From sequence record OK570374: 64,000 nt of DNA; one strand, given 5' to 3'. The notes under the pieces are model-generated. The model saw only the letters and a program-made list of their open reading frames with translations, ran no database searches and was not told the DNA's origin. Of the stretch, positions 1-7,266 are shown one piece after another. The stretch is from Escherichia phage UoN_LG358_1. Every line of letters starts with the position of its first letter. Positions within the stretch are counted from its first letter, which is position 1. A program made the position numbers and the translations under genes.

Positions 1-1
1 T

Positions 2-130
2 GGCGCAAATGGCGGAGGTGCTTGGGGCCCGTCTGGAGAATTATATGGCGGTGGCGCATCTGGACACGCAGTAGTAGGAACCTCTCCTCAATGGATAAAC
101 ACTGGTAATATTGCTGGTCCTTGGTTATAA
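2..130 (+). CDS. 3' fragment of a glycine-rich tail-fibre adhesin (gp38-like, T2-type); 5' end lies outside the window
   Basis: Open frame to TAA at 128-130 giving ...GANGGGAWGPSGELYGGGASGHAVVGTSPQWINTGNIAGPWL; Gly-rich; sits directly upstream of holin t as gene 38 does in T-even phages. The alternative frame is Arg/Trp-rich and implausible. Confidence 0.4.
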   Translation, partial: GANGGGAWGPSGELYGGGASGHAVVGTSPQWINTGNIAGPWL

Positions 131-132
131 AT
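125..132 (+). promoter_or_regulatory. T4-type late promoter (TATAAATA) for holin t
   Basis: Exact TATAAATA about 18 nt upstream of the t start codon, followed by AAGGAG RBS. Confidence 0.55.
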
Positions 133-149
133 ATCTCTAAGGAGATAAT

Positions 150-806
150 ATGGCTTCAAAAATTTCGTTACCAATAACGGATATAATTTTTGGAGTATGG
201 GACAGAGTTTTTAAAGATAATGCATCCGGGAGGGTTTTAGTCTCCCGGGTTGTTGTTGTAATTATTTTCTTTGTACTTGGATTAGTTTGGTCAAAAAGCG
301 ATGCAATACTAACCACTTACAGAGATTCGTCTTACGATACGTACGCGAAAATTATACAACAAGAACGCGAATCACGCTTTGAAACAACTGCTCTGGAACA
401 GCTTCAAATAGTTCACATATCCAGCGGAGCAGATTTCACTGCTGTGTATTCGTTTAGACCCAAAAATTTAAATTATTTTGTTGATTTAATAGCGTATGAG
501 GGTAGATTACCTTCAACCGTTTCGGAAAAAAGTCTTGATGGTTTCCCGGTTGATAAAACTACTAATGAATATTCTACACATTTAGGAGGAAGAGTTTTTA
601 AATCATCACAAGAATTTGCTTTTCTACCGTCAAAGAAAAAAACAACTGAATTAAAATACATGTTCAGTTGTCCTTACTTCAATTTAGATAATATATATGC
701 CGGGACTGTTTCTATGTACTGGTACGATGGAGCTCCAAGTGTAAGCCCGGAACGACTTGAATCGATATGCGGTCAAGCCGCTCGTACATTAGGAAGGTCA
801 CGTTAG
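150..806 (+). CDS. t: Holin T (lysis timing, lysis inhibition)
   Basis: 218 aa; N-terminal TM segment; near-colinear with recalled T4 holin T (FKDNA.GKVL.SRV, LEQLQIVHISS, YSFRPKNLNYFVD, CPYFNLDNIYAG); strong RBS. Confidence 0.92.
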   Translation: MASKISLPITDIIFGVWDRVFKDNASGRVLVSRVVVVIIFFVLGLVWSKSDAILTTYRDSSYDTYAKIIQQERESRFETTALEQLQIVHISSGADFTAVYSFRPKNLNYFVDLIAYEGRLPSTVSEKSLDGFPVDKTTNEYSTHLGGRVFKSSQEFAFLPSKKKTTELKYMFSCPYFNLDNIYAGTVSMYWYDGAPSVSPERLESICGQAARTLGRSR

Positions 807-1075
807 TTGTTTGTGTGCATCGTCAGATGACGATAGATATCTTCAAACCCTTCATTAAATTCTTCAACGAGCATTCCTTTCTCTTCCGCAGTTAAATCAG
901 AAATTATTTTTCTAAAGCTACTCTGATTTAACTGCTTCCAATTTTTATCATTACTCATTGTTTCATTAATAAAAGCAATAAAGTTATCTCGTTTATCAAC
1001 AATATCATCGCGACCAAATTTAATTAACAAAGACGCAATAGTAACAACTTCACGAGCAACTTCAAACTTAGTCAT
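803..1075 (-). CDS. asiA: Anti-sigma70 factor AsiA
   Basis: 90 aa; matches recalled T4 AsiA (REIITVAS.LIKF, NFIAFLNE, NEGFE..YR.L); early promoter immediately upstream. Confidence 0.9.
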   Translation of the reverse strand: MTKFEVAREVVTIASLLIKFGRDDIVDKRDNFIAFINETMSNDKNWKQLNQSSFRKIISDLTAEEKGMLVEEFNEGFEDIYRHLTMHTNN

Positions 1076-1117
1076 CTTATATCCTTTAGTATTTAATTTT
1101 TAAATCAGTAAAACAGT

Positions 1118-1156
1118 ATAGAAGTATAGTATCAAAATTTTATGATGTTGTAAACG
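1118..1156 (-). promoter_or_regulatory. T4-type early promoter (-35 GTTTAC, extended -10 TACTAT)
   Basis: Plus-strand gtaaac at 1150-1155 (= GTTTAC on minus), 18-bp spacer, TACTATAC -10; drives asiA. Confidence 0.5.
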
Positions 1157-1166
1157 GTTAAGTGAA

Positions 1167-1427
1167 CTAATTTAAAACTTCCCAACGAACCATCAGATGC
1201 TCAGGTTGAGTTACGTACTCATTTCCAGAATTGTTCACTCGAATGGCGTAGCGACCATCAATCATCGAAGCTGATATATACCATTCGGCTCCTACCGGAC
1301 GAATCCTACGTCCCATCCAGTGACAGATTTCCATGGCCTCATGAAAAGAGTAATATTCTTTGTCCATTGCCAAATTAATCATCATAGTTTCAATATAACG
1401 CTGAATTTCTACAGTTTGGTTGCTCAT
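1167..1427 (-). CDS. Hypothetical early protein (positional counterpart of T4 arn; not verified)
   Basis: 86-aa ORF on the early strand immediately downstream of asiA. Confidence 0.45.
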   Translation of the reverse strand: MSNQTVEIQRYIETMMINLAMDKEYYSFHEAMEICHWMGRRIRPVGAEWYISASMIDGRYAIRVNNSGNEYVTQPEHLMVRWEVLN

Positions 1428-1786
1428 AATTTTCCATTCAATTCTTTAGATAAAATATTATCAAAATAAATCACGGCAGCTTCGAGAATGCTTGGATTTT
1501 GATAAGTAGAAAATTTGAAATTGCATCCAGAATAAGACCCTCCCATGTACTTCACCTGAACACCGTATTTTTTATAGACCTTTTCTTCTGCCCTCTCAAT
1601 TTCGTCAGGAAAATCACTTCCAAACTTTCCAAATTTAATTACTTCAGAATTGTGTAAATAACTGTGTTCTGTAACAATATTTTTATGCTTGAAAGTCATT
1701 TGGCTTTCCTTTATGTTTTTGTTTACGTCTGGAGTCATTAGTGGATTTCTTTTTATCTTTATGAAATCCACCTTTGTTAAAATCAT
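1424..1786 (-). CDS. Hypothetical early protein (start uncertain; ATG with RBS at 1699)
   Basis: ORF on early strand; AGGA Shine-Dalgarno 8 nt before ATG at 1699. Confidence 0.45.
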   Translation of the reverse strand: MILTKVDFIKIKRNPLMTPDVNKNIKESQMTFKHKNIVTEHSYLHNSEVIKFGKFGSDFPDEIERAEEKVYKKYGVQVKYMGGSYSGCNFKFSTYQNPSILEAAVIYFDNILSKELNGKL

Positions 1787-1800
1787 TTTTTGCTACTAAG

Positions 1801-1998
1801 TTATTCAACTAATTTTCCTCTTGCGTTTTTAAGCTGTTTAACTTGGTGAGCCAAATGTTGCAGTGGAATATTTTCCTCTTGGTTAAGATTTCGTCTAATT
1901 AATTCAACAAACCACTCATATTTCGGTCTTTTTGATAATTCAGCTTTAAGCTTAGCATTTTCTTGTTCAGCTATAGTAGCTCTTTGTCTATAATCCAT
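1801..1998 (-). CDS. Hypothetical small protein
   Basis: 65-aa ORF, ATG start, early strand. Confidence 0.4.
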   Translation of the reverse strand: MDYRQRATIAEQENAKLKAELSKRPKYEWFVELIRRNLNQEENIPLQHLAHQVKQLKNARGKLVE

Positions 1999-2032
1999 TT
2001 AAAATGCCTTAAGTTTTTAATTTCTTTAATAA

Positions 2033-2362
2033 TTATTTGAACCACATTTTAATTCTCATCCATAGGGATTTCTGAACAGATTTGTTTACCCCATAAGAAC
2101 GAATTACTGGTTGAGATTCTTGTAGTTCCTTATAATCAGCTTTATACACTTCACATGCTGCAGGAATAAATGAACTAATTGCTGCCATAAAGTTTTTACG
2201 TTCGCATAAAAGATTCACTGAACTATCACGAATAATCAAATATTTTCCCGCTTTAACCTTCACAATAGTTCCAAGATACGCGCCATGATACCAAATATCC
2301 CAACCTTCTGAAGTAGGTTCTACACAACGCTGAAGTTCATTCATAATTGCAAAACGGTTCAT
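2033..2362 (-). CDS. Hypothetical protein downstream of motA (ORF track labels it +, but it translates from the minus strand)
   Basis: Reverse-complement of 2033-2404 reproduces the track protein exactly; first ATG at 2362 has GAGGA SD and lies 7 nt after the motA stop. Confidence 0.5.
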   Translation of the reverse strand: MNRFAIMNELQRCVEPTSEGWDIWYHGAYLGTIVKVKAGKYLIIRDSSVNLLCERKNFMAAISSFIPAACEVYKADYKELQESQPVIRSYGVNKSVQKSLWMRIKMWFK

Positions 2363-2369
2363 ATATTCC

Positions 2370-3014
2370 TCACAGTGTGTCAACGGAGTTAATGATAGTT
2401 TCAATATTTTCTTGAGTGCGAGCGATATCTAAGTAAATATTTCCATTTTTTGAATGCTTGGCAGTCATACCAAGGTCTTCAAAGTGCTTAACTTGGTCGT
2501 CAGTCATTTTATAACCGGAAATACGGAAGTTACCTTTATTACTAACTTCAAAACTACGAATACCAAAAGTACGTTTTTCGAGAACCGCGATAAAGTTACT
2601 ACGATAAACATCAAGTTTTTTGATTTTGAAAAGTTCTTCTTTAGTTCCAAGAAGCTCCATCATAAAATCTTTATCTGCTTCCATGTCGCCAGTAATTGGG
2701 CGGGCTTTACGAGTATTACGTTTTTCTAAAAGTTCAGGAGCATTTTCCTGCGCATAAAGTACCGCCGCGTTTGAAATGATGTCCTGTGCTTCACCTGTGA
2801 TTACTAAACCATCACCAGATTTTTCAATTAATCCCTTCTTAATCAAAACACCAATATTACTGTTAACTGAAGATGATGTCATTTTATCTTCTAACTGCTC
2901 ACGAAGTTCAGCTGAAGTAACGAAATCTTGTTTAGCGACTTTAACTAAAATCGATGCAGTTTTTTCATTAAGAACATCATTAGAAGCTTTGATGATATAA
3001 GTTACTTTTGACAT
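2370..3014 (-). CDS. motA: Middle-transcription activator MotA
   Basis: 214 aa from MSKVTYIIKASNDVLNEKTA...; near-colinear with recalled T4 MotA (NSNIGVLIKKGL.EKSGDGL.ITGEAQDIISNAA.LYAQENAPELL); ORF-track N-terminal extension rejected. Confidence 0.9.
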   Translation of the reverse strand: MSKVTYIIKASNDVLNEKTASILVKVAKQDFVTSAELREQLEDKMTSSSVNSNIGVLIKKGLIEKSGDGLVITGEAQDIISNAAVLYAQENAPELLEKRNTRKARPITGDMEADKDFMMELLGTKEELFKIKKLDVYRSNFIAVLEKRTFGIRSFEVSNKGNFRISGYKMTDDQVKHFEDLGMTAKHSKNGNIYLDIARTQENIETIINSVDTL

Positions 3015-3043
3015 TTTATTTCTCCGATAATCTATTTGTTTGG

Positions 3044-3083
3044 TATGAAGTAATAGTAACACAGTTTAAAGCAGATGTAAACG
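3044..3083 (-). promoter_or_regulatory. T4-type early promoter
   Basis: gtaaac at 3077-3082 (GTTTAC on minus) with TGTTACTAT extended -10; upstream of motA. Confidence 0.5.
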
Positions 3084-3084
3084 G

Positions 3085-3348
3085 TTAGTTGTAAAATTTT
3101 ACGATAACTGCATTACCGTCTTTGAAGAGACCGTATTCAACACCATCAATTGTGATGATTTTACAAGGATACAAACAGTTGTTAATGAAAACTTTAGATT
3201 TGCCACGAACTGCTTTAATTTCAGTCCCGACACGGTTTGCATCAACTGTTTCTTTAAAGTTATTGTAGTAAAAACCATCTTCTTTAATTACAGAAACAGT
3301 CATTACACCACCGAAAGAACGATTGAAAGCGATAAGTTTAGTAGCCAT
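3085..3348 (-). CDS. Hypothetical protein
   Basis: ORF between motA and gene 52; ATG at 3348 with GGAG 9 nt upstream (track start is TTG). Confidence 0.5.
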   Translation of the reverse strand: MATKLIAFNRSFGGVMTVSVIKEDGFYYNNFKETVDANRVGTEIKAVRGKSKVFINNCLYPCKIITIDGVEYGLFKDGNAVIVKFYN

Positions 3349-3387
3349 AATTTTATTCTCCAAGTTGTTTTGTTTACCATTTATTTG

Positions 3388-3428
3388 GTATGAAGTAATA
3401 GTATCAAATCTTAAAGCAGAAGTAAACG
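3388..3428 (-). promoter_or_regulatory. T4-type early promoter
   Basis: gtaaac at 3422-3427; -10 region TGATACTAT; upstream of the 3085-3348 gene. Confidence 0.5.
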
Positions 3429-3500
3429 GCTGAAGTGAAATTTTTTAAAGTTAACCAGAACGGTTTAGAGGAACGCGGAAGAAAGGATGATTAATTATAT
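3421..3500. repeat. Conserved ~85-bp promoter-upstream element, copy 1 (second copy at 55413-55495)
   Basis: About 80% identity by eye between the two copies (gtaaacggYtgaagt..ccagaacggtt.agaggaac..ggaaRgatgattaat.atat); both sit just upstream of an early promoter -35 and downstream of a hairpin. Confidence 0.5.
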
Positions 3501-3536
3501 GGACCGGGCTCTAGAATTTACTAGAGCCGTATAGAG

Positions 3537-3674
3537 TTATAGCAAAATGAAGAGAAGTGCAAGAATAAGGGCTAAACCGCCTAAAACTACGACGATTGAC
3601 AACAACCCAGCCACCAAGACCGGACTCGCATACCAAAGAAAAACCGCTAATGAAATTATCAGAGCTATTCGCAT
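3537..3674 (-). CDS. Putative 45-aa hydrophobic membrane peptide (not in ORF track)
   Basis: MRIALIISLAVFLWYASPVLVAGLLSIVVVLGGLALILALLFILL; ATG overlaps the last codons of gene 52. Confidence 0.3.
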   Translation of the reverse strand: MRIALIISLAVFLWYASPVLVAGLLSIVVVLGGLALILALLFILL

Positions 3675-5002
3675 AGCTCCTCCAAATCCTTCATAAACTC
3701 AACTTCCGGAGTGGTATCTTTCCAGTACTGATATTCTTTCTTAAGCTCTTTGGCAGCCTCTACGAGTTTTTTGGCTTCATCTGACGTGATGTGATAAATG
3801 TTCATACCAACCAATTTATCAATATGAGCCTTGAACAATTCAGTTTTCTCTAGTTCTGTTACAAGCTGCTTACGAGTTTTTCCTTGAATAACAATTTCGC
3901 CCGAAATCACTTGTTTGATGAATTGAGCTTTAGCTACTGCCAAGTTCAACTGAGTCAAAACGTCTTCACGCTTAAATTCAATTCGTTTTTCAACGAAAGT
4001 CTTACGGACTTCAACAAAATGTTTAATGAGTTCAGACGCTTTTTGAAACTTGTCGTTTAACTTGCCATTTTCGTCGATGACCACAATGAACTGTGAAAGT
4101 TTTTCAATTAATTTGAAATCTCGCATTACAGCATCATGTCGTTTATCTTCGTCTGCAGGTAACCCGTAATCTTTCTTGAATTTTACTTTAAAGCCAAAAC
4201 CGGATTTTGAACAGTCATCCGTATAAGTAATAAAACCTTTGTCTTCTAATGGGTCGAGTACTTTTTCAATGTAAGTATCGCGGTCAAATTTATATGGAAT
4301 TTCACTGATATACATCTGTGTAGCTGAAGTGAATTTATATACACCATGTAATTCAACCCCGCCGTCATCAGTTGGAACTATTTTGCCATTAAATTTTGGA
4401 AATTCAACTTCCGGCTCTTTATCAAGCTTTCCTTGCAAAGCGAGTTTAGTGCATTCTACAACTGACTTAAAACTGTGCGGAAGAATATTAGTTGCATATC
4501 CAGTAGCAATACCACGAACACCATTCAATAATACGGTAGGAATAACCGGAAGATAAAAAGCTGGTGGTGTATGTTCTTCGTCTTTGTGCTTTGGAGCAAT
4601 CTCTAAGTCTTTATAAACTTTACGGAAATTGTCAGAAATACGGCAAAAGATATAACGAGACGCGGCGGCTTTTTGTACTAAACGCGAACCAAAGTTACCT
4701 TGCCCGTCCAATAAAGGGAAATTGTTATTCCATGTATTAGCCATTAATGCCCCTGCGTCTTGAGCAGAGCCTTCACCATGATGATACCCTAAATCAGCTA
4801 CTCCGCCGGCGACTGATGCAAGCTTATGAAATTTTTCTTTATTACCTTTACTGAGGTCCAATGCTCGACGAATAACAAATCGCTGCACTGGTTTAAATCC
4901 GTCAATCATGTTAGGAATTGCACGATTTTCTACCGTGTAGATTGCGAATTCTTTAGCTTCAGTGTCAATAATACTTTGTAAACTTCTTTCATTTAATTGC
5001 AT
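3665..5002 (-). CDS. 52: DNA topoisomerase II medium subunit gp52 (GyrA-like)
   Basis: 445 aa from MQLNERSLQSIID; near-colinear with recalled T4 gp52 (YTVENRAIPNMIDGFKPVQRFVI, ADLGYHHGE.SAQDAGALMANTWNNNFPLLDGQGNFGSR); track start at 5020 is TTG, ATG with SD at 5002. Confidence 0.92.
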   Translation of the reverse strand: MQLNERSLQSIIDTEAKEFAIYTVENRAIPNMIDGFKPVQRFVIRRALDLSKGNKEKFHKLASVAGGVADLGYHHGEGSAQDAGALMANTWNNNFPLLDGQGNFGSRLVQKAAASRYIFCRISDNFRKVYKDLEIAPKHKDEEHTPPAFYLPVIPTVLLNGVRGIATGYATNILPHSFKSVVECTKLALQGKLDKEPEVEFPKFNGKIVPTDDGGVELHGVYKFTSATQMYISEIPYKFDRDTYIEKVLDPLEDKGFITYTDDCSKSGFGFKVKFKKDYGLPADEDKRHDAVMRDFKLIEKLSQFIVVIDENGKLNDKFQKASELIKHFVEVRKTFVEKRIEFKREDVLTQLNLAVAKAQFIKQVISGEIVIQGKTRKQLVTELEKTELFKAHIDKLVGMNIYHITSDEAKKLVEAAKELKKEYQYWKDTTPEVEFMKDLEELCE

Positions 5003-5144
5003 ATTATTTCCAATTACCAAATGTATGAACTGATGTCAATTATAACACGTGCGAAGAAAAGCGTCATCTGTAGTGCTATAAAATACGAACTTGCGAGAAT
5101 TATTCCAAATATCACTAAACAAATTGCGAGAATTGACAAAATTT

Positions 5145-5330
5145 TCATTTAATCATGCCAGTATAAAAGAACAGACGTTCAACCGCCAAAGCAGCTATTC
5201 CGAAACACACAGCTCCAAGAACTCTTGGCGGAGGGGCTAACCCCTCCCAAATAAACATCCCAGAAACTATAAATAACGGTATCATTATAATAAACATGGT
5301 CACCCATATAGTTTTAATTGCGTCATTCAT
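5145..5330 (-). CDS. Small integral membrane protein (T4 ac/stp locus)
   Basis: 61 aa, two hydrophobic segments; AGGAAA SD; between gene 52 and ndd. Confidence 0.5.
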   Translation of the reverse strand: MNDAIKTIWVTMFIIMIPLFIVSGMFIWEGLAPPPRVLGAVCFGIAALAVERLFFYTGMIK

Positions 5331-5347
5331 AATGTTTCCTAGATAAT

Positions 5348-5491
5348 TTAAAATTGTTTAAGCGCGGAAACAACTAAAACTACGCCAAGAGTCAATTGAG
5401 CAACAAACTGAGCCACGAATGAAGACTCTCGTGTAACTGCAGTGTAAATTGCTAAACCAAACCACACCGACGCGATTAATAATGTCAACAT
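5348..5491 (-). CDS. Small 47-aa membrane protein (not in ORF track)
   Basis: MLTLLIASVWFGLAIYTAVTRESSFVAQFVAQLTLGVVLVVSALKQF; GAGGA SD 5 nt before ATG. Confidence 0.45.
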   Translation of the reverse strand: MLTLLIASVWFGLAIYTAVTRESSFVAQFVAQLTLGVVLVVSALKQF

Positions 5492-5502
5492 TTCAAATCC
5501 TC

Positions 5503-5949
5503 TTAATATTTCTGCAGAATAAATTTAAAATTATCATTTAACATGCGATTCATTTCTTCGAGGTTCTGAAATGCATCTTCGTGCTTACGAGTGAAAGCTA
5601 AAGACAATTGACCTTTACCATAGCCCGTTGTAAGAAGTTTCATTTTTTCAGCTGGAACGAATACCACACTATAAACTTGATGATTATTGCTCAAAGTGCG
5701 GCCAAGTTGAGAGCGTCCTTGACGAAATTGCGACAAAGTATTAGAAAACCCTGTTTTAGACCGTTGACGACCAACGTAACTACGAGATACTGCAAAACCG
5801 CCGTTATTCATAATAAAATAAAACCCTGGGCGAGATAGTTCTTCTTCCATAGGAACACCACACAGCCAGTTTGCGTTTTTAATCGTGCCAATTACAGTTG
5901 CGCCAGCTTTTGATAAAGTTTCGATAGACAAAAATGTACGACGGGTCAT
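5503..5949 (-). CDS. ndd: Nucleoid disruption protein Ndd
   Basis: 148 aa; matches recalled T4 Ndd (AGATVIGTIK, PGFYF, YVG.QRSK.GFS, TTG.GKGQL.LAFTR, LEEMNRML.DNFKF.LQ). Confidence 0.85.
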   Translation of the reverse strand: MTRRTFLSIETLSKAGATVIGTIKNANWLCGVPMEEELSRPGFYFIMNNGGFAVSRSYVGRQRSKTGFSNTLSQFRQGRSQLGRTLSNNHQVYSVVFVPAEKMKLLTTGYGKGQLSLAFTRKHEDAFQNLEEMNRMLNDNFKFILQKY

Positions 5950-6114
5950 ATTGATATCCTCAAGTTAAGTAATTTATTATCCTATAGTATCACATCTTTC
6001 AATTGTTGTAAACAGTTATGATAGTTTCCACAACAATAAGCTAAAACAAACGCAAATCAATGGGATAGATAATATCCAAATTAAACACCAAGCTTTACTG
6101 CTCATGATTATCTC

Positions 6115-6324
6115 TTAGTAATCTGCTAGCATGTCAACAATAGAATCGCGAAAATATTTAATGTTAATACGCTTAAAATCAATATCGCACTGTTTCGCCC
6201 CGGAAATAATCATTGAATTAAGTTCAGCTTCCAAAAATTGAAGTTCTTTCACGCATTCATTTTTATACTTAGCCATACCATGTTTTGCTTTGGCTTTCTT
6301 AAGATTAGATGAAGTGAATTCCAT
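6115..6324 (-). CDS. Hypothetical early protein
   Basis: 70 aa from MEFTSS...; GAGGA SD; the track N-terminus (MCYYYLIKTNE) is translation of the upstream promoter cassette. Confidence 0.5.
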   Translation of the reverse strand: MEFTSSNLKKAKAKHGMAKYKNECVKELQFLEAELNSMIISGAKQCDIDFKRINIKYFRDSIVDMLADY

Positions 6325-6344
6325 TGGTTTATCCTCATTTGTTT

Positions 6345-6385
6345 TGATGAGATAATAGTAACACATCCTTCCATGGATGTAAACG
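6345..6385 (-). promoter_or_regulatory. T4-type early promoter (cassette family A)
   Basis: gtaaac at 6379-6384, TGTTACTAT -10; 55-bp block identical to 31869-31932. Confidence 0.55.
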
Positions 6386-6393
6386 GCTGATAG

Positions 6394-6951
6394 TCAAATC
6401 ATTAAGTACCAACCTTGATACTTACTTCTTTTGACAATTTTCTTGGTGTCTTCTGGGTCTCCAACGAACACTGGGGTAAACTCGAAGCTTCCAGTTAAAT
6501 TCTCTACCACATCTAATATAATTATACAGTCCGCAACTTGATGGTTCAGGAACGGCCCTAGATTAACCCCATACCCATAGGGAAAGTCGCCAGAGTATCC
6601 CGTAGTAACTGAAATCCACTTAGACTCTGATTGATGTGTTTTTACTTCAATGCGGAGACCACAGTATCTTGGATGCGCAAGTACATCCCATGCGAAGGTG
6701 TAAGGGTCATCATGATTTTCTTGACCATGCATTACATAACCATCAACCCATTCTGCGACGGCCTTTTCAGCTAATTGCGCTATCATGCACCTTTTAACCG
6801 CGGCCTCTTTATCTTGGCCTGGGTCTTTTGACATCGTGTAATTTACGGTGTCTTTTATTTTAACTCTATCTTCTGGAGTTAAATCATTCTTCCCGCGGAT
6901 AAATGTCGGCAGTTTCTTCAGTCTCAACAACCCCGGATTGTTCTTGTTCAT
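6394..6951 (-). CDS. Hypothetical protein in the T4 denB (endonuclease IV) position; identity not verified
   Basis: 185 aa from the second ATG (GGTGAG SD); length and position match T4 DenB; no sequence-level confirmation. Confidence 0.4.
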   Translation of the reverse strand: MNKNNPGLLRLKKLPTFIRGKNDLTPEDRVKIKDTVNYTMSKDPGQDKEAAVKRCMIAQLAEKAVAEWVDGYVMHGQENHDDPYTFAWDVLAHPRYCGLRIEVKTHQSESKWISVTTGYSGDFPYGYGVNLGPFLNHQVADCIIILDVVENLTGSFEFTPVFVGDPEDTKKIVKRSKYQGWYLMI

Positions 6952-7210
6952 TTTGCTCACCTGTATAAACGTCTTTTACCCGAAGAATACCACAATAAAT
7001 TCGGTCATCAAAATTTAAACTTTCTTTGTTTGAGAGAGCAAATTGTATGTGTTCTTTACCAATAAAAACATCATCGCAAGTCAGTACACCATCAACATTA
7101 GGGTCAATCACCAAATCCAAAGCATATACATTTTGAGCTTTGTGATTGCCGTGCAATCGTGATTCATTAATTTTCGAATCAGAAACGTTAATCCAATTAA
7201 TCATAATCAT
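6884..7210 (-). CDS. Hypothetical protein (overlaps the next ORF by 68 nt)
   Basis: 108-aa ORF without a clear SD; lies after the rIIB terminator. Confidence 0.3.
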   Translation of the reverse strand: MIMINWINVSDSKINESRLHGNHKAQNVYALDLVIDPNVDGVLTCDDVFIGKEHIQFALSNKESLNFDDRIYCGILRVKDVYTGEQNEQEQSGVVETEETADIYPREE

Positions 7211-7216
7211 CTCTTA

Positions 7217-7240
7217 AAGAAAAAGGGACCGAAGTCCCTT
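7217..7240 (-). terminator. Rho-independent terminator after rIIB
   Basis: AGGGAC-CGAA-GTCCCT hairpin followed on the minus strand by a T-run. Confidence 0.6.
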
Positions 7241-7266
7241 AGAATTAAATTAGCGATGCGACGGTA

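Noticed and set aside
473-661. Minus-strand 62-aa ORF inside holin t
   Set aside because: Antisense to a well-supported gene, no RBS, low-complexity sequence; treated as a frame artefact.
2033-2404. ORF track labels this 123-aa ORF as plus strand
   Set aside because: Translating the reverse complement of 2033-2404 reproduces the listed protein exactly, so it is a minus-strand ORF like its neighbours; annotated as 2033-2362 (-).
2454-3000. Plus-strand ORFs 2454-2729 and 2776-3000 antisense to motA
   Set aside because: Lie entirely within motA on the opposite strand with no promoter or RBS support.
3044-3083. MotA-box (TGCTTTA) middle promoters within the early promoter cassettes
   Set aside because: TGCTTTA-like strings sit between the -35 and -10 of several early promoters, but the spacing to the -10 (about 8 bp) does not fit the roughly 12-bp spacing expected for MotA-dependent promoters; not called.
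4329-4556. Plus-strand ORF inside gene 52 (similar cases at 5608-5838, 7537-7746, 9691-10008, 12474-12665, 13133-13345, 13449-13886, 17802-18050, 18739-19202, 25322-26033, 27258-27851, 33322-34500, 35972-36265, 36807-37040, 50297-50564, 52344-52867, 54144-54704, 55122-55331, 59344-59808)
   Set aside because: All are antisense to strongly supported minus-strand genes and lack translation signals; the biased codon composition of the sense strand generates long antisense ORFs.
6325-6366. N-terminal extensions such as MCYYYLIKTNE (6115-6366, 31424-31912), MILLPHTKQ (58296-58580) and MLLLPHTTQ (45309-45614)
   Set aside because: These result from translating the conserved early-promoter cassette; true starts are the downstream ATGs preceded by GAGGA/GGAG ribosome-binding sites.
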